From NCBI RefSeq assembly GCF_026210795.1, contig NC_089434.1:2728001-2792000 (forward strand): a DNA stretch of 64,000 nucleotides, read 5' to 3'. The DNA comes from Rhizophagus irregularis. Taxonomy: Eukaryota. A program made the position numbers and the translations under genes. Shown in pieces: positions 11,860 through 25,176 of the stretch (position 1 is its first letter; each line of letters begins with the position of its first letter). Under the pieces are notes generated by a model, which had not been told where the DNA came from, made no database searches, and saw nothing but the letters and a program-made list of their open reading frames with translations.

Positions 11860-12620
11860 ATGATGATTTCTCCAGAAGAACATTTGTCTAGCGACTTGAT
11901 CCCAGAACTTCTTATAGATGTATGTATAATTTTTTTTCTTACTATATTAATATTTTTATTTTTTATTTGTCTTACCGTATTTTATTAAAATATTCAAGAA
12001 AATATTAAATTTGGAAGAACATAATGATACGAAGGATAAAGGTAAACTTAGGACAGATGTCAACTTAAGGTATGTTTATTATTTAATATTAAGTATACTT
12101 AAATAGTGGTATCATCTCATTTAAAATGAAATATTTTTGTAGTATATGGACAAATACAAACTATGCATATTATGAAGATGCAGACATTTTTTCAATTCAT
12201 TTTTTGAGGAAGTATGATGTTCTACACGACTATTGCGATCATATTGGCAACCTCCTCATCGGCTATGTTCTTGATAACAAGATCATTTCGATTGAAATAT
12301 TTGATGCGTCAACTTTTCTGTATTGTCATTTATTCGATTGTAACGAGAGGATAGATGATAAGCGGCCCTTATTTCTTTACTCTATCTATTATGAAGATCG
12401 TAACGAGTTAAGCGTTTATTTTACTGGTTATCCGCCTACAACAAGATTACAAAGTATCGAGGTAGAAAAGGATGTTCTTATGCAAATAAGTGATAATGGT
12501 AAACTTGTTGCTCTATTAATTCGTAATGCGAAGGATAGAATAGCAAGAGAAATTTCAAAAGAAGACAGGGAGAAACTTAGGGAAGAATTTAAATTGAGGC
12601 ATTATCACTTAAATCATTAA
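11860..12620 (+). CDS. Tandem DUF2283-like domain protein, predicted join(11860..11919,11999..12069,12143..12620), 202 aa
   Basis: Two GTATGT...AG introns (11920-11998 phase 0, 12070-12142 phase 2) keep the frame. The last exon has two repeats, YYEDADIFSIHF...LLIGYVLDNKIISIEIFDAS and YYEDRNELSVYF...EVEKDVLMQISDNGKLVALLIRNA, fitting the DUF2283 pattern YD.EAD.LYI...D..G.IVGIEI.DAS. Start codon inferred. Confidence 0.7.
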
Positions 12621-13528
12621 GATTAGAATCAAACAAATCAAACAGCAGTGTAAAAAAAAGTTATACAAATTGTTGTACAATTCTTTAACTTTTTCTTTCT
12701 TCCCTTTTAACTTTTTACCTTTTTTATCAGCTTCTAATATATTCTTTAATACTCCTAACTTTGTTTCAGAAATAACTCTGTTGGAAGTATGATTTTTTTT
12801 TAACTTTTCTAATTCTTTAATAGCTAGGTAGCGTTTTTACGTGATTTTTCATTTGCTATTGTAATTTCTATATAATGATGTACAGTATGTGTGAATCATT
12901 TAATAAAACTTGCAAAAAAAAATTTGAAGTGCATATGAAACGAAAGAATCGCAGTAATAGCTTTAACGAGTGATTTTTAAGCGATTTTTAAAAGATTTGC
13001 ATGTGACATACCTTTCCACAGCACAACATTTGATTTTCGTAAGTTTCCATATTATAATATAAAGTAAACATTACACAAACTTTATAAAAAGAAATATTTT
13101 ACATATAATTATCACGTGAAAAATATAAACAAGGTTATAAACCGCAAATATAAAACTATTATATAATAAATGAAAAAGAAATCAAAATTTTTGGAAAAGA
13201 ATGTTATATGATGATACATTAATGTTAGTATAAATTAAATAAATAAAACGCGATACTATCAAATGATACCTGATACATTTTTTTTCAATAATCAAAAACG
13301 ATACAACAGTTTATACAACTTCTAATAATCAAAAATCATCACTTCCTTAATCAAAACCGATATATTTGCTAATTTAGTATGTTGCGAATTATTTATCATT
13401 ATTACTTATTAGTTACATCTATTTATTTTATTTATTTATTTATTTTTTCCATGTATTTTTCTATATATTGTACCTTGTTGCACGTGTATAGGATTAATTA
13501 TAAAGATGATTTACATTTTATTGTATTT

Positions 13529-14609
13529 TTTTATTTTTATTTTTAGAAAACAGAAAATCAAACCCGTAGATTCAATTATACAGAGAACCTAAAAAGTCTA
13601 TATATAATACTATCACTACGAAGCAAGCCACCCCAAGGCGTGACGCTTTCTGTTCTTTATGGAATAGGTGAACGCGAGTCAGAACCACGAACTTTCCCAG
13701 GAACACCCGCCTTAATATATATATAAGAAAAAAAAAGAAAAAAGAAAAGATAAAACAAAAATAAACTATATAATATCAAAAACATTTTTAAGAAAACTAT
13801 TTTGTAAAGTTAAAAATAAATCTATATTATTGAACCCCATATTATCTCTATAAGTAGTCCAATGTCCCGAATGTAAATAATTACTTGTCGTCCAACGAAT
13901 ATGGGCGAGATTATCATTAAAACCACCGTCCCTATAATAAGGAGTAGTGGTGAGATGCCGAGGATTATAATGTCGACGTGGAGGTGAATTGTGAACAGGA
14001 GCACCTGGATCAGGAGAAGGAGGAGCTCTTTTCTTATGTCGTTTTCTATAAAATCTTTTTTTGTTTTTTGTAATAGATAAGGTATGTTCCCAATGTTTAA
14101 CTAAGGAAGCACGACGTGTCCAAATAATTGTATCAATTGAAGACATTAAAGTCGAAAAAAATTTTAAAAATAAAGAAAACCGTAATTTTTTATCATTAAT
14201 ATAAATATTAAAAATTTTAACAAGGTCACTCGGGACCAAATGGTGTATAAGTAAATAACCAGGATGTGATTGTGGTAAAACGTCCACAAAAGAGATATTA
14301 AAAAGGGGAAGATTCATAATGGTATCTTTCAAAGTAGAATTTCCTTCCTTCGTATTCTCAATAATAAATTCATGTAAATCATGAGCAGCTCGCATTAATA
14401 TATTTTTGATATGAATTGAATGTTCCTTGCATAAGCCCACGTGCGTATTATCATCGCGGGCACTAGTGCATTCAATGCAAGGTATGCTGCCTAGAGGGTA
14501 TAAACGAGGGTAATTGCGTTGTTGTATATCGATTGTTGGATATATAAAATTACATTTTTTAATTCTATTTCCTTGTCGTTTAGAGAGCTTGGCACTACAC
14601 GGAACGTCC
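13529..14609 (-). mobile_element. 5'-truncated LINE (ORF2 C-terminus, 3'UTR, A-rich tail) with TSD
   Basis: TSD ttacattttattgtattt at 13511-13528 and 14610-14627 (15-18 bp, ambiguous with the tail). The frame is open from the truncation point: ...YPTIDIQQRNYP...CIECTSARDDNTHVGLC (CCHC knuckle)...IWTRR... to the stop at 13766. The minus strand ends in (TAAAAA)n. Confidence 0.9.
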
Positions 14610-16654
14610 TTACATTTTATTGTATTTATATAAAGTTCGAAGTGACAATTTAAAGAATTATAATCACGTGACTAATAGCGCTATTTGTAATTCCGACCAG
14701 AATTATACCTATTGGAGGTTCCAAATTAACCAATATATATATATACAGTATATATATATATGATAAAAATAATTTTTTTTTTAACTTTTCATTGGCAAAT
14801 TTTCTTGTTTCCATAAAATCGGCAAATTTAGAACCTTATAAATCAAATATACAAAAAGTAGTTTAGAAGTTTAATTCTGACTTTATAAATAGATAAATGG
14901 TTAGAATTTTAAGGAAAAAATGCTTTTAATATTGTTTATCTTTTATTTGCATAAAATTCTATAATTATTAATTTTTAATTTTTAGTATATGACTAATTTT
15001 AACCCGGGATTGTTAATATTATTTAATCCTAGGTGGTGGTTTAATTATCTTAATTCATCCAGAGGTGAATAAGCTGTTATAGGAATATCTCTGATGTTAT
15101 TAGTTTATGGTTAGTTAAAAAAAAAAGAGTTAGTTTAGGGATAAGTTGTCAAATTATTTGCTAAGGGTTAGGTATAAAGGAGAAAGTTGATTTAAGATAG
15201 TTGACAGAATATAATGTTAATGGCTTTGTTTCTTTTTAGGCAACAGATAATTTTATCCAATCAGAAAGTAATGGCAATTAAAGGCTCTATTTTAATAACA
15301 TATCATATGAGTTACGTTAAAAAATCCAGCGTTAGTTATTTTTATACGCGCAGAGCACGCAAAATAAAATATGATAGTAAGCGCTATTACTACATGCGCA
15401 GAATTTAAAAGGATGATGTTTATGGAGTTTCACAATCAAAATTTGATCCTTTATATAATATGTACATAATTTCACATAATTTTCACATAATTAAACACAC
15501 TTAAATACAATTTCATATAATTTTCATGTAATCCCCATAATATGCGGGCCACGGGAAAAATCTTTCTGGTAAAATTTATAGTTTATTCTAAAAGCTGTGT
15601 AAAGTTATCACAACACAAAATTAGACTTTATACCGAAATGCTCTGTTTTCTTCCACAAAAAATTGGCGATTTAAATCACGTGACCATACATATTGTAACG
15701 TCTTAGGAAAGAAAAAGAAAAAAAACAAACCCAAATTAATCTGGCGCTTCACAATTACGTGTTTAAAAAATGGGAATCAACCATTAATGTTAATACGAAC
15801 AAACGCAAGCGAAAATACCGCCAATTAAAACCATCACATCTACATCAACAACAAAGGGATGAACCCAAAACTCTTTCAAACTCGATGTGCCTCAGGATCA
15901 CCGGGAACGTACTTTTATGAGTGATATAGAACATTCTTATCCTTGACCACAATCCAGTTAACGGCACAATATTTTTTAAAGCCTGTTTTATTATTAAAAA
16001 AAAATATTTTTTTACCGGCATTAACGTAAAGTCAAAAGTACACGAAGCATATTCATAGATATCACATACATCACAAAAATATTAATAATATTATACAGTA
16101 TATCTGGCTAAACTAACAATAACTAATAATAATTTCTAAAATCCTAAGATTCTATTGAAAAAACAAATAAAAATAAATGAGTTAGCATTTTGTATTAAAC
16201 TACAATGAGATTAATAATCATGTTGATTTTTTTTTTGAAAATGTACGTTCTTATTAGAAATATTAAAAAATTAAATAGTATGAAAACAGGAAAGAAAATA
16301 TATAACACGAAAAATTAAACATATCGGCTATCAATTATTATATTGACAAATTTGATTGTCCAGGATAAGCAATGCCGAAGGAATAAAAATAAACCAAAGT
16401 TTGCGAGCCGACACGAAATATACTACATAATATTTTTATTATATATGCAGTATATAAAAAGATTCTCATAGCAAACAAATTATTTACACTACTCTAAATC
16501 CGATAAGCACAAAATTTAAAAGAAAGTTCTCTTATATTACCTTGATGTAATTTTTATTGTCCTCGCTTCGCTCCGGACTCACTACGCGCAATTCTGTCCA
16601 CTCGCGTGATCATCAGCCAATAAAATTGCAAATTTTAGTTATATTTTTTTTTTG

Positions 16655-16684
16655 TTCCGGACCCATAACGGATCCGTTTCCTAG
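16655..16684 (+). mobile_element. Helitron-like 3' terminus (copies also at 39937-39967 + and 47227-47258 -)
   Basis: Shared motif cggac-N5-6-aacgg.t.ccgtttcCTAG followed by T, an imperfect GC hairpin upstream of CTAG|T, in three copies with unrelated downstream flanks. 5' ends not identified. Confidence 0.45.
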
Positions 16685-18562
16685 TATCCAAATTTAGAAC
16701 TTTAAAAATGACATATTGGGAAAAAATTTGTGTTCATCAAATTAATTTCGTCATGGGTTGATGATCATGGAATATTTATAATCATGTGATCGAATACGTA
16801 GCATCAAATATGATCGAGTAAATTATCTTCATCTTCGAACGTTCATTATTTATTAACATCCAATTTATATACAAAATATAATATGTATATATATTCAATG
16901 AATATCATGATGATGTTTTCATACGATTACGGTATAAATAAATTTTTATTGACAAACGTTTATAAATATAATAAGCAAAACTGTGTACCAGCAGAAAACT
17001 TTCCTATTTTCAGAGACTTACGGGCAGGGAAAAGAATGAAATTTATTTGTAGTTAATCTACCAGGTTGAATGCAGAATAATAACAATCTACTTATTAAAA
17101 ATAGTTGAGTAAATTAATTTTGACGTCATTTATACATCATACTGGCGAACTTCATTATTATTTTTTGACACGAAATACTGCTGATTACTATATCATAATA
17201 AATTCCCATATACTGTACATTTAATTCCTGAACTTCGATTATTAAAATATGAATATATAAACAGACTGATCAGCTACATATTTCATATTTTGTTTTTACT
17301 GTCTCACGCGGTCAACCCTCTATAGTTCATCTACACGGAATTATTTGTTCGTTAGATTACGTGTTCTGTGTTATATTTTACATCATGAATTTTACTAATA
17401 AGAAACATTAGTGATTATTCAAATTAAAGTTACTAAACAAATGATTAGTTTTATTCAATAGGCTAAAACTAAAGCATTTAGGGATTGGATCGGTTCAATT
17501 TATTTTTACATGGACACTTAGTGTACACTTGTACAGTATCTTCAGATTGCATAGAAAAAATAAAATAAATAAAATCTGAGTTGCATATTTTTATGTAAAT
17601 AAAAATGCGAGAGTCGATCGTAAATTACATATACTGTATGTACAATGAAGTGATGGAACAGATGAATCAATTAAAAATCATTAAATTCATGGTTCATCTT
17701 ATTGAATTTCTTATCTCTCGCAAGACATTTTTATAGTGATTAAAATAAAAAATACAATCCAAACAATCTGCAATCTGATTTTTTGATTTCAGGTGTTATA
17801 AGTACAAAAAAAAAACATTCTGCGCCAATATTACATTTTCTTCATTTGGAAATACGTAATTCTGACCAGAATTATGCCGATTTCAAAATATATAAATAAA
17901 GCAAATTGATTAGTCATTAGTAGAATATCGTCACACCGTACGGCAGACGGCAGTAAGGGTGCACAATAAAATCATCAGAGAGATAATAAAAAAATTTTTT
18001 GATGCACAAATTTAAAATATCTCAATATATATTAAAAGATTTCAGTTAGATAAAGCTAATGTTCCGTATATTAAAGTCATTGAGCTTTAAATTTGAACCA
18101 TATTTATCCACCAGAATTCATAATTTCAATAATTCTTGGTTGAATTAACGTTAGTTAGTCACATGATCTAATTTATTATCGTCGGTGTGTATAAAAAAAA
18201 AATTTTTTTTTTTGCCTATTTTGTCTCCCATTATACGAAATTTTTTTTATTATAAAACCGCGAAAAAAAAAAAAGGTTCAGAAATAAAAAAATCTTTTAA
18301 TTTTCATCTCGCTTAACGTGAATTACTTCAAATTAGTTATTCCCCAAACATACAAAATATCAATATTTTTTATTTACTATCATTTTTATTTTTTTTTTCT
18401 TGTATAATTTTCTTAGTGCGTGATACATTTCTATTTTTTAAAAAATTCTTTCATAACATCCATTTTTTCGTCCGCAAAAAAGTTACTTTAAATTCTTTTT
18501 ATATAAATACGAACATATTTTACGTTCTTCTATCATAGCAAAAAAAAAGCTACGAATATTTA

Positions 18563-19453
18563 ATGCAGCAGCTCCAACTGACAACCGCAGCACTTGATTT
18601 GGATTTGGTAAACCAATATTTCAACCTAATGCAAGTAATGCAACCGGTACAACAAATTTCGCAGTTGAATGAGTTATTTTACCAACCACCGAATGATGAT
18701 AATTTCTATCACATAACTTTTAACCCGACCATAAAACTTTCAGAAAATGGGACTTTACAACTTTCGGAAAATTTTGAGGATAATTACGATTATGAGTTTT
18801 TTTATGAAGCTAGTTTACCTAGTTATCATGTTACGTGTAAATTGTTCCCACGCTCTTTGATAATTGATATATTAAATAAGGAAATTTATGGAATTGATTT
18901 CGATGTAAACGACTTGAGATATAAAGACGCGTTAACTTTGAATCAAAAGATTAATCTTGAAATGAATTTAACACAAGATCTTCCTTCTTTACAGGAACAG
19001 ATTTTAAAAAGGTTCGTCCTAAAATTTTATCATTTTATTTATTTTATTTGAAGCTTGATTGATATTTATCTATTCATTATTATTAGCGACTTCAAGAATG
19101 CTTCAATAGACCAAATCCTAACTCCACAACAAGCTTTGCAGTCGAATGAACTTAAATTATTTTATCAACCGCCAGGCGATATTAACATCTATAATGTTAT
19201 TTGTAAAATTACTTTGCAAGATTATCACGATGTCAATTACGATTATGAATTCTTTTACCAGATTCCAGATGATATAAGACATGTAACATGTAAATTTTTA
19301 TCGCCTTCCTTGATTATAGGTATTTTGAATAAGAAAATTTATGGAATCAATTTTGACGTAAACGAATTTAAACGCAAACATACATTAACCTTGCAACAAA
19401 AATTAAATCTCAAACTAAATTTAAAAAATCACATCCATGAGATCGGATTTTGA
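18563..19453 (+). CDS. Hypothetical protein with two tandem copies of an unknown domain, join(18563..19011,19087..19453), 271 aa
   Basis: A GT-AG intron at 19012-19086 (phase 2) joins the two listed ORFs in frame (ILKS-DFKNA). Both exons encode LFYQPP.D...NYDYEFFY...HVTCK...SLII.ILNK.IYGI.FDVN......LTL.QK.NL..NL. Confidence 0.85.
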
Positions 19454-21139
19454 TGGAAATAGAATTTCTTTTCATGGAAATATTGAAAGCATGCGACACA
19501 AATAATTGAGTATTTCGATAATGCAAATGCTCAATCACAATTTCGAATTAATATTTTTAGTTTTTTTTTCTTTAAATTAAATTTAAAATAAATTTTAAGA
19601 TTGTAAGTAATTAAAAAAATGTATAATTTTTTAAATTATTTTAAGGAAACACTTGAGCGAAATTTAAGATTTGTACAATTAATTAGAAATTATATTTTTA
19701 TTCAATAGATAATAATTATTTTTATAATTAAAGAATGAGTTACAATAGAAAGTGTCAGATTTAATTAATTGTAAATTTTATAACGCTCTAAATAAATAAA
19801 TTAATTTTGGGACATTAAATTTTCGTTATTCAATAGACTCTTTATTCGTAATGATAAATTTAATTTAATGTTATTGAGATTTTTCATTTACAGTTCGTTA
19901 TTAATTTTATAATGAAAACAATTTTGGAAGTGTCGTTATTGTATACAAAAGTTAATTTTAACTTTAACAAACTATCATTTAAACTTTATTACAGCTTTTA
20001 ACAATTGTAAAAACTAGCTAAAACTAAAATCATAAGCAATTTTAACATTTGGTTTCAGTCAATTTATATTCATGGAGTTTTTATAGAAATTACGAATAAC
20101 AGGGAATGTAACTCCGGTCTACGTAATTATTTGACTAGACAAATTCGTAAAATCGATTGTAGAACTATGACTCGGAATTTACTCAGAGAAATCATTACTT
20201 TCAAATACTGCTTATTTTGGTTCACAAGGCTTTCATTCAAAATTCATTGAGTTTATCTTATTCTGGAGTGTCTTCTGTTACATGTACGCCAACATGAAAC
20301 TGCATGTAACAATCTCCTGCATTTATCTTTCTTTTAGGCTTGTATGTACGACTCTTTTATTTGGTAAATTGATATGCAAGATAAGAAATTTAAAATGTCA
20401 CGGGATAGTAATTTACCGCAGTTGACTCGTGATTTACAAACACATGATTTAAAGATTGGCAAGGAAAAAGTGATATCATTTATTTTATCAGTTTATTTTA
20501 GATTTATTAGTTTATGTTTTTAATAATTATAATCATTGTATGGACTTTAGCTTAATTATAGCTTAATTCATATAGCTTGTTTTTGATTTTTTTAAAAATA
20601 ACAAAATTATCGGGCACGATAATGAAAGTTATTGTTCAGTCGATTAGGAATATGCGGGATTTTACTAACCGATATTTTTATGAGACATCAATCAGTATTA
20701 GTAGCATTAATTCCTATTGGTCACCGCAGTATTCCTAATGACCGAAATATAACTCAGTTATTGGATGGGGGATCCAATAACTATTTAATATAAATATATA
20801 TATTTTGCATAATTTTGAAGAAATTCAAATTATTCTAGATAAACGCTTCTTTAGTGCTTCTTTACTCTTTTTATACAAAGCAAGAATTTTTTTAACCCAT
20901 GCGCTCCGCCGAGCCGAATATAGTGGATATAGTTTACTTCGGTAACGAATATAATATTCAAACTAACCAAATACAATAAATATTGCATTCAACCTAACCT
21001 ATTATATTCAAACTAACTAATTATATCATTCATTTAAAGAATATTTATCATTATGCTAACCAAAAAATTTTTATTTTCCCAGCTTGCATGGTGTAATTTT
21101 ATTCATCCCTTACAGCTTCAACAATAAAAATTATATATG

Positions 21140-21202
21140 AAATAAAATAAAATAGAATAGAATAGAATAGAATAAAATAAAATTAAAATAAAATAAAATA
21201 AA
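21140..21202. repeat. Pentanucleotide microsatellite (AATAA/AATAG)n
   Basis: aaataaaataaaatagaatagaatagaatagaataaaataaaattaaaataaaataaaata read directly. Confidence 0.85.
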
Positions 21203-22404
21203 CAATTTCAAGTTTTCAAGTTCAAGTAGGTTTCAAGATTTTTTAAATGGCGCATGTTAAAATTCCAGAAGAATTTACATGTAGAACGAAAATATATTTT
21301 AAGAAAAAGAAAAAAGGGTAACAATGAAATCAAAGAGATACTAAACTTATAATACTGTATTTTAATTTGATTGCAACACACATTGAATTAAATTTAACTA
21401 TGAAAAAAAAATTTTTTTTTTTTTGGATTAAATTAAAAAAATTTTTTTTTATCTTGCAATTTTAAGCTTTGTTTAGAACTTTAGAACTTTTGTAATACTA
21501 TAAAAAAATTTTTTATGTGATAATCTCTTGTTCCGTCCTTTTTTCAAATAATTCCTGCAGTTATTACGTAAGATTGGTCAGAAGTTATATCTATTTTCTA
21601 TTTAAATCACTGGCGGAATTTTCAAATTTTCAAAAACAAGAAATTTGAAAATTTGTTTGCAGTATAAAACATTTTAAAGATTAAGATGTAAACAATACAA
21701 AATAACTAGCATCATAAAAATATTTCAAAATAAAAATAAAATAAAATAAATAGGAACTGACTAAAGTAAAAAAAAAAAATAGTATTTTTTAAAATACAAT
21801 ATTTTTTAAGGCGCTGAACTAGCTGAAGCGCTGCAAAAAACCTCCTTTTACACTCTAAGTAAAGTTGTAGAGCTGGTCGGACACCTACTAAATAAACTTG
21901 ACAGTAAATTATATAAACTCGTACTTTGACTCCCGATAAAAAATTTTTTTAGAAAAGTGATCATCATGCATACCACCTCCCAAAAACAATTTTATGCATA
22001 ATGTAAAAAATTTTTTTGCAATGAGAATTTTAATACTCAAAAAATTACGTACTATACATGTTTATATACGTATTCATTTTTATTTCATTTTATACATAGA
22101 AGGAATGTACATTATGTATACATAACCGCACATCGTTTATATTTATCACTTTCTAAATAAATTAATCAATAAAAAAAAAAAATACTGAAATTAAGGCGCT
22201 GTAAGGGTGTGGCGCAGCTAATGAATTTTTCGGCGAAATGGCAAGTCGGGTAATTTTACATGTCGGTAAAATGGCATTTTCAAATCCGTGACAAGTTATG
22301 TGGCCCGGCAATTCCTTTTTTACATCCTAAACGTATTTTCGTTTGTTCTATAAGTTAAAGTTTGTAATTTTAAATCCGTAAGACGCGTTTTGTATCATTG
22401 ACTA

Positions 22405-23480
22405 AAGAATAATATCTGATATGTTTGTGTTTACATTACAATGAACAATAAATAATATTAATTTGCATGCATAAAGTAGCAAATTAAGGAAATAAACATT
22501 CCAAATGATAACTAACTTTTTTGAATGATTACTTAATAATTTCGTTTTTAAATTTCTACTAAAAGAAGTTAGATCCCATTTACATATCTAACATAGGAAA
22601 TAGAACAACGAATTAAGAAAGTGGCGAAGCTAATAAGGTTGTACGGAATGTCAATCACAATAATAAAAATGATTATCTTAAAATGGATTTATTATATCCT
22701 TAAAGCACAATAATTTTCATTATTTCATTGATTCTTCATCGAATTTGAGATTTTTGAGCCGTGAATTTAAACATTTTTTTTTCCCATTGCAATAAGTTTA
22801 CAATCTTGATATACGTTACGATACAGGCTCAATATTAAAAATGAATACTATTATTCATACTATGTAAAATAAAAATATCAAATATAATTTAAAATTTTAA
22901 AAATATCGTTATATTATCCTACCACGTAAAACGGAATCTTTATCAATATCACCATTTTCGTAATCATTTTTATTTGGGTCTAGTTGCATAACTTGCCTTA
23001 TAAAAAATTTTTATCCGTTATTTCTGTAAAAACTCCGTAAAAGTGAGCCTTTCTCGGATCCATTCAAACGATCACCCTAAATAAAATTCTGGAAAACTCC
23101 ACAGACACGTGATCATTTTTTCTGAAAAATTTTTTATAGGGTCAGAATGAAAGAAAAAAATAAACAAAGAAGTTTAGTGACGTTATTTATTTATTAAAAG
23201 TTTGAATGAATGATAAAATATAATAAAAAAAAAACGATTGTTCCAAAAAAAGTTAACTAGGTTCTTTTCTTTTCTTTTTCTTTTTCTCTAATTTCAAAAT
23301 GAGGATATTTTTATTTTTCTTTTATCAATTATTTTATTGGCGATATTACCAGCGAAATCATTCCATTCAACACCTCGCTTGTTAAATACAGATTATGATG
23401 ATGATAACACTATAGTCGTTCGAATAGTTCGTGTAAGGTGTAAACTATACAACTCCTTCCAAAATTTGTGTGGAGGAATA
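22405..23480 (+). repeat. ~1.1-kb segment present in inverted orientation at ~37460-38740
   Basis: For example 23161-23220 (taaacaaagaagtttagtgacgttatttatttattaaaagtttgaatgaatgataaaata) is the near reverse complement of 37860-37919. 22810-23000 pairs with 38160-38350 and 23400-23480 with 37460-37535. Confidence 0.85.
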
Positions 23481-23754
23481 TGTACAATTTATCCTAATTG
23501 GAACTGTTAAAGGATTTGATCTTTAGCAGATACATTAAATATCGTCCAAAATTAGATTATGAACCAACCGCGCAGCGATCATCGTGATCATCACATGAGT
23601 TTCATGACATTTTTAATTCTGCCCAAAATTCTACCCTAATTCTGGTAAGATGACAATCACCAGCGTTGATATTTAGCAATACTCATAGTGAATTTAGTTG
23701 GACGGAATAATTAAAAGGCATATATTTAAATGTAAATTAACCTTTTTATATATA

Positions 23755-24178
23755 CCCGTGTTTGCCCAAAAATAAGCAACCTTTTTTATCATAGGGTTGC
23801 TTATTTTTGGGTACAATTATATTGCTCGAAATCTACACCTTTTTTTCTTATCAAGATGCGCAAAATCATCATTTTACGATCATCCAATTTGTACAAAGGT
23901 TATACAATGTGCAGAAGTTGGGAAATTTGTAATCAATATTAAAGTAATTAGGATGATAATACTTTTAATGACAGAATAGAGCATTTCCTTCATTGATTTT
24001 AATGCCAGAATAGCATAATTTTCTTCATTAAACATTATTTGCAATTATAATTATATTTATTATTATATTGTCTATTAAAATTTTACAAGGAATTTTTCAA
24101 AAATTTTACGAGTTGCTTATTCCGTACAAATATGATATTGCTTATTTTTGGTACTTGCTTATTTTTGGACAAATACGG
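23755..24178. mobile_element. Tc1/mariner(pogo)-like MITE
   Basis: TIRs ccgtgtttgcccaaaaataagcaa and ttgcttatttttggacaaatacgg, flanked by TA on both sides, with repeated subterminal ttgcttatttttgg motifs. Confidence 0.75.
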
Positions 24179-25176
24179 TATGTGACATGAGCATAAACAA
24201 TAAAGATTATTGTTCCGCTTCTTTTATAGTAAAATTAGGTTAGGTGCATCCTTTGTTAATACTATTACTAATGAATGTTTTCCCACCCAAAGATTCTATT
24301 ACACCAAAGTTCGTAATAATGGATTTCTTCGTACTCGCCACATAGGGGTATATTATTAGGTCTTTAGTTTACAATTGATTTAATTTCTTCCATTGTTGTA
24401 GTTGTCTGTAATGTATTCTCTTGCAGTATAGTTCTGTACTTTCTTCTTCGAAATTGTATCATTGTTATATCTTCAATTCTTGTCTAATAACAAATACAGT
24501 CAACTCTCTTTATAGTCACACATTTGGGACAGTCCATATTTGGTGATTATAAAGAGATGTGACTATATAAAAAATTTCTTATATTTGTATGTCATAATTC
24601 TGGCCAAAAATTAACATTTTAGCCAGAATTATACTTAAAACTTTATTGTATCGTAACTTCGCCAATATTAATCGTAGAGAGATGATCTTACCGCCATTCG
24701 ATTCGTCTTGATGAGACGGTTCTAATGGTATAAAATACGTCGAAATCCAATCACTAGATTAATTTCCGAAATTAAAAAAATATTAATGGTTTTTGTGTAA
24801 TAACTCTGCCAATATTGATCCTAGAATGACGATCTTACTACCATTCGATTCGTCTTGATGAGACGATTCCAACGAGCTATATATCGTATTTTTACAATCA
24901 CTAGGTACTAAGAAATCTAGCAAAATGTTAAATGGCGCAGTAAACGTAAATCAAGAAATATTATAATGCCGATGTTTAACATTTTGTTGAATAACTCGTC
25001 AGCCAGTGATCGGAAAAGGATAAAACTAAAAGGATAAAACTAAAAACTAAAAAAAACTCTCTCCCGTTCTGCTCACTTGACAATATTCACGGAAAAAATA
25101 AAAAATTTTTTTCGAAGTTTTTTATTACTTTTTCTTTATATTTTCTTTATTTTAGATAACTACGACACTCTACAAC

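Noticed and set aside
11792..11863. ATG overlapping the toxin-like stop with upstream GGAG, as a functional bacterial-style coupled start
   Set aside because: That frame closes after 23 codons and is not the frame that splices into the DUF2283 exons. The GGAG may simply come from Trp-Arg codons.
13670..13712. Minus-strand ggttctgactc resembling a tRNA T-loop or SINE B box
   Set aside because: No cloverleaf or A box can be built, and it lies within a LINE 3'UTR. No tRNA or rRNA gene was recognised anywhere in the window.
24700..24770. Hammerhead-ribozyme-like string (tTGATGA gacg...cgtc GAAA tc...gatt) in the Tc1-like internal repeat
   Set aside because: Stem II and a weak stem III can be drawn, but the core is UUGAUGA, no stem I pairing exists, a competing hairpin cgtct-tgatg-agacg forms, and the other two repeat copies lack the cgtcGAAA part.
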